Shown piece after piece: positions 60,026 to 64,000 of a stretch of DNA of 64,000 bases. Numbering within the stretch: the stretch's first letter is position 1; every line of letters begins with the position of its first letter. A program made the position numbers and the translations under genes. The notes beneath the pieces are model-generated. The model saw only the letters and a list, made by a program, of their open reading frames with translations, was not told the DNA's origin and did no database searches. This stretch comes from Candidatus Spongiisociaceae bacterium. GTDB taxonomy: Bacteria > Actinomycetota > Acidimicrobiia > Spongiisociales > Spongiisociaceae. The stretch spans positions 928,001-992,000 of the forward strand of contig CBDCOH010000002.1 in NCBI GenBank assembly GCA_965219685.1, in the 5' to 3' direction.

Positions 60026-62114
60026 GCGTTTCGTCCTCGGGATCGACGTGGGCGGGACCTTCACCGACGTGGTGGGTCTCGACCGGGGGGGACGGCCCCT
60101 CATGTTCAAGGTGCCCTCGAGGCCCGACGACCCGGCCGCGGCGGTGCTGCAGGGGGTCGAGGCCTTCGCCGCCGGGGTCGGGGTTCCGGTGGAGTCGATA
60201 CTGGCCGATGCTCATCTCGTCCACGGGACGACGATGGGCATCAATACCCTGCTCACCCGGACCGGCGCCCGGACCGCGCTGCTGACCACCTCCGGCTTCC
60301 GGGACATGCTCGAGATTCGGGTGGGCTACAAGGAGGAACGCTACGAACTGGACCTCGAGCCGCCCGACCCGCTGGTTCCGCGCCGCCTGCGGCTTCCGAT
60401 CACCGAGCGGGTCGGCTCTGACGGCTCGGTGGTCACCCCGCTCGACGAGGACGGGGTGCTCGCCGCCTGCGAACTCATGGCGAGCGAAGGGATCGAGGCG
60501 GTCGCCATCTGCTTCATCTGGTCCTTTCTCGATCCCTCGCACGAACTGCGGGCGGCCGAGCTATGCCGGCAGGGGTTGCCGGGCGCCTTCGTCACCACGT
60601 CGTGGGACGTGCTCCCGGAGATCCGCGAGTACAACCGGGTCAGCACCACCGTGCTCAACGCCTACGTCGGACCCAGGGTTACCCGTTACGTGGGGGAACT
60701 CACCGGACGCCTCGAGGGACGGGGGTTCGGCGGCACCCTGCACTTCCTCCAGAGCCACGGGGGTGTGGCCCACGCCGATGAGGTGATCAGGGTGCCGGTC
60801 CGTACCCTCATGTCCGGTCCGGCGGCCGGTCCCGCAGTGGCCGGGTTCTTCGCCGGGAAGGCTTGCATCGAGAACGCCATCTGCATCGATATGGGCGGGA
60901 CCAGCTTCGACGCCAGCGTGGTCACCGGAGGGACCGTCCGCCAGTCACGGCCGGTGGAGATCGACGGGGTCCGGATAGGCCTTCCCATGGTGGATGTCCA
61001 CTCAGTGGGCGGGGGCGGCGGTTCGATCGCCTGGGTCGACACCGGGATCCTGCGGGTCGGCCCGTCGAGCGCCGGGTCGGTTCCCGGCCCGGCCTCCTAC
61101 TCCCTCGGAGGGACGCTGCCCACCGTCACCGACGCCAACCTGGTCCTCGGTGTCTACAGCCCGGGCCCCATCGCGGGCGGTCTGTCCCTGGACGGCGGGC
61201 CTGCCGAGGCGGTGATCGACGGTTTGGCCGGCGAGATCGGGGTGGGCCGTATCGAGGCCGCCGACGGGGTGTGGCGGGTGCTGACCATCGACCTCGCCCA
61301 GGCCATCCGCGATATCACCGTGGACGAGGGCCGGGACCCCCGCGACTACGTGCTGGTGGTGGGAGGCGGCTCCGGACCGGTGCACTGCTGCGCCATCGCC
61401 GACGAGTTGAACATCGACCGGATCCTGGTCCCGAAGGCCGCGTCCACGCTGTGCGCGTTGGGGGCGATCGTGATGGACGTCGTGTACGAGCTACGCCGTT
61501 CCTACCCCATGCAACTGTCGGGAAGGTTCGACGTCGAGGCGATCGACACCGCGTTCGGCCGGTTGGAGCGTGACCTCATCGGGATGCTTCAGGGTGAGGG
61601 AATGGCGGGAGAACCGACCGCGATCGACCGCCGGGTCGGCCTCCGCTACCGGGAGGAGGAGATCCATGTGGACCGCGGCTTGGAGCTCCGTTACCGCGAG
61701 CAACTCTGGGAGATCATGGTGCCGATGGAGTCCGCCTCCATCGACCTGGGCACGATCGACGATGCCATCGACACCTTCCACGAGCGCCACCACGAGATCT
61801 ACACGTACTCAGAACCCGACAACGTCTGCGAGCTGGTCAGCCTGGCGGTGCGCGCCACCGTGTCTAGGCAGCTCCCCGACCTCGACTGGGACCTGGGTGA
61901 CCACGACGCCTGGGTGCAGATCGGTGAGCGAAGTGTCCGCCACCGCAACAGCTTCCTGGCCGCCCCCGTCTACGACGGCCGCAAGGCCCCCGTGTCCGTA
62001 GCGGTGGAGGGGCCGGCACTTATCCGCGAGTCGCTCTGCTCAGTCTTCGTGGAACCGGGCTGGACATGCAGGCTGGAGCCGCACGGCGCGTACTTGTTGA
62101 CTCGAGGCGGGTAG
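60018..62114 (+). CDS. Hydantoinase A/oxoprolinase family protein (ATP-dependent)
   Basis: GIDVGGTFTD, HGTT, SGPAAG, DMGGTSFD, GGGGGSIA and PTVTDAN. Confidence 0.92.
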   Translation: MAERFVLGIDVGGTFTDVVGLDRGGRPLMFKVPSRPDDPAAAVLQGVEAFAAGVGVPVESILADAHLVHGTTMGINTLLTRTGARTALLTTSGFRDMLEIRVGYKEERYELDLEPPDPLVPRRLRLPITERVGSDGSVVTPLDEDGVLAACELMASEGIEAVAICFIWSFLDPSHELRAAELCRQGLPGAFVTTSWDVLPEIREYNRVSTTVLNAYVGPRVTRYVGELTGRLEGRGFGGTLHFLQSHGGVAHADEVIRVPVRTLMSGPAAGPAVAGFFAGKACIENAICIDMGGTSFDASVVTGGTVRQSRPVEIDGVRIGLPMVDVHSVGGGGGSIAWVDTGILRVGPSSAGSVPGPASYSLGGTLPTVTDANLVLGVYSPGPIAGGLSLDGGPAEAVIDGLAGEIGVGRIEAADGVWRVLTIDLAQAIRDITVDEGRDPRDYVLVVGGGSGPVHCCAIADELNIDRILVPKAASTLCALGAIVMDVVYELRRSYPMQLSGRFDVEAIDTAFGRLERDLIGMLQGEGMAGEPTAIDRRVGLRYREEEIHVDRGLELRYREQLWEIMVPMESASIDLGTIDDAIDTFHERHHEIYTYSEPDNVCELVSLAVRATVSRQLPDLDWDLGDHDAWVQIGERSVRHRNSFLAAPVYDGRKAPVSVAVEGPALIRESLCSVFVEPGWTCRLEPHGAYLLTRGG

Positions 62115-62299
62115 CCGGTGGCCGGTGGGTGGGCGCAACAAACGCGTGCCCGGAGCCCTCGACCGATTCCCCCGGATGCACGCCGGGCAACTCGGGACGT
62201 CCGGAAGGGCACGGGCACCATGCGCCGCTATCCGCGTTGACGTCGAGCAGCCCATCGACATCGACCGGGGCCTCCTCCGGACAACCGAAGCAAACCGTC

Positions 62300-63325
62300 A
62301 TGACCGTGATGGGTCCGGTCGCCACCGACGAGCTTGGAGTCACCCTGGTTCACGAGCATGTCTTCCTCGATATGCGTCAGTCGTACGACGAGCCCCATCC
62401 CCATGCGCAATACGGCCCGCCGGAGATTCACATGCTGGGCGAGTGGCGCCGTGACTACTCCAAGTTCCCGGACTTCATGGTCCTCGACGACGTGGAGACG
62501 GCTGTCTCCGAGATATCCAGGTTCGCGGAACACGGTGGGAAGACCATTGTGGACGCTACCCCGATCGGTGCCCGCCCCCGGTCCCGTCGCCTCTACCCGA
62601 CCGGGCTCAGGCGAGTCGCAGCGAGGGCCGGCGTCAATGTGATCGCAGGTTGTGGCTATTACATCCAAGCCTCCCATCCGGAGTACGTCAGGACGTCCAG
62701 CATCCGGTCCCTCGCAGAGAGGATCGTTTCGGAGGTGGAGGACGGCATCGAGGGGACCGGTATCAGGCCCGGTGTGATCGGCGAGATCGGGCTCAGCCAG
62801 CCGGTGGCAGATGACGAGTGGAAGGTTCTCCAAGCAGCTTGCGAGGCCCAGAGGCGAACGGGACTCCCGCTCTACATCCATCCCTATTTCGGGGCGAGGA
62901 GCAGGATCGCTCCTGACGTTGCCAGGTTCGTGCTGCGCAACGGTGTGGATCCGGAGAAGATCAACATGTGCCACATGGACGGATACATGAACCTGGACTA
63001 CCAGAGACGGGTGGCGGACCTCGGTGTGTTCATCTCGTTCGACAACTTCGGCTTGGAGAACTACTACGACTCCATCGACTTCAGCTACAACAGCCACGAC
63101 TCACGGCGTCACGAACACTTGCTGAAGCTTCTGGCGCTCGGCTATCGCGACCAGATCCTGGTGTCCCAGGACACCTGCTACAAGACCCAGCTGACGCGGT
63201 ACGGAGGGTACGGGTACGCACACGTCATACGCAATATCGTGCCTGCCCTGCGCCACGCCGGGGTTGACGATGCCACGGTGGAACGCATCCTGGTCGAGAA
63301 TCCGGGTCGCCTGCTTCGCCGGTAG
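62300..63325 (+). CDS. Phosphotriesterase-homology (PHP/PTE) family metallohydrolase
   Basis: LGVTLVHEH, VDATP, GVIGEIG, IHP, CHMD, SQD and NPGRLL. Start may be upstream (TTG 62237). Confidence 0.9.
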   Translation: MTVMGPVATDELGVTLVHEHVFLDMRQSYDEPHPHAQYGPPEIHMLGEWRRDYSKFPDFMVLDDVETAVSEISRFAEHGGKTIVDATPIGARPRSRRLYPTGLRRVAARAGVNVIAGCGYYIQASHPEYVRTSSIRSLAERIVSEVEDGIEGTGIRPGVIGEIGLSQPVADDEWKVLQAACEAQRRTGLPLYIHPYFGARSRIAPDVARFVLRNGVDPEKINMCHMDGYMNLDYQRRVADLGVFISFDNFGLENYYDSIDFSYNSHDSRRHEHLLKLLALGYRDQILVSQDTCYKTQLTRYGGYGYAHVIRNIVPALRHAGVDDATVERILVENPGRLLRR

Positions 63326-63570
63326 CCGCCAAGCGCAACCGGATAGAACGCCGGAACCATGAACGGCGGCCTCACCTTCGGAAGCGGATACCTCCGGCAA
63401 CTTCGATTCCAGCTTTTGCCGTGCGACGTCCGCAAGCCCTGCTGGACCAACCGGTGTCCAGGCCGATGAGCCCACTGCCGGAGTACGCGCGAAGCGATGA
63501 GGATCCGGTCGCACGGTGGGATGTCCACCGGGTGTGTATTGTCGGTCCGATACTCAGTTGGGGGTGACCG

Positions 63571-64000
63571 ATGGCCGAGTCGGCGTTTCTTCCCGCCGGG
63601 ATCGATGTCCGCAACAACGTGCGGGTGCCGATGCGCGACGGGGTCGAGACCTCCGTCGACATCTACTTCCCGGCCGGGGGTGGCGGACCGTTCCCGGTGA
63701 TCCTGGCGCGGACGCCCTATGACAACATGGCGGAGTTCCTGGTCGATTCGGCTGTGTTCTTCGCCCAGAACGGCTACGTCTTCGCCGCTCAGGACTGCCG
63801 GGGGCGCAACGATTCGGACGGCCGTTTCAACCCGTGGATCCAGGAGTACGAGGACGGGCACGACACCATCGAGTGGATCGGCTCCCAGCCCTGGTGCGAC
63901 GGCAACATCGGCATGCACGGCGCCTCGTACCCGGGCGGTGTGCAGTGGATGGCGGCTGTGATGGGCAGCCCGTATCTGAAGGCGATCGTGCCACGGGTGA
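63571..64000 (+). CDS. CocE/NonD family hydrolase (runs off the window edge)
   Basis: Manual translation gives VRVPMRDGVETSVDIYFP...PVILARTPYD...QDCRGRNDSDG...DGHDTIEWI...GASYPG. Confidence 0.9.
   Translation, partial: MAESAFLPAGIDVRNNVRVPMRDGVETSVDIYFPAGGGGPFPVILARTPYDNMAEFLVDSAVFFAQNGYVFAAQDCRGRNDSDGRFNPWIQEYEDGHDTIEWIGSQPWCDGNIGMHGASYPGGVQWMAAVMGSPYLKAIVPRV

Overview
High-GC actinobacterial chromosomal window. Class Acidimicrobiia is my inference, from the Pup-proteasome locus, the Thr-rich lipoprotein linkers and the gene order. Two conserved backbones lie on the minus strand: tlyA-nadK-recN-pyrG-xerD and trmI-arc-dop-pup-prcBA-pafA-pafBC-tatB-tatC-helY. Accessory blocks interrupt them. 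(i) An SBD-like HNH nuclease, a DUF1295 gene and a photolyase sit between pyrG and xerD. (ii) A ROK-regulated amino-sugar ABC operon (M20 hydrolase, binding protein with an exact 1-kb internal duplication, YhfX-type PLP enzyme, NagB) sits between recN and pyrG. (iii) A 9.3-kb four-gene operon encodes a small membrane protein, a membrane-anchored vWA protein, a 1110-aa tubulin/FtsZ-like GTPase and a 1023-aa multi-pass membrane protein; this is the best candidate for an uncharacterised system. (iv) Five equal-length tandem EamA/DMT transporters, each with its own leaderless-type -10 element, are followed by a MerR regulator. (v) A HEPN/MNT pair and a collapsed higBA remnant follow. (vi) A PrpD-hydantoinase B/A-phosphotriesterase-CocE catabolic cluster closes the window. 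Non-coding observations include stop-codon-rich heptamer arrays, a two-copy ~72-bp dispersed element, a XylR-type operator and candidate structured RNAs. No rRNA, tRNA, CRISPR array or intact IS was recognised. All calls come from motif reading by eye; no searches were run.
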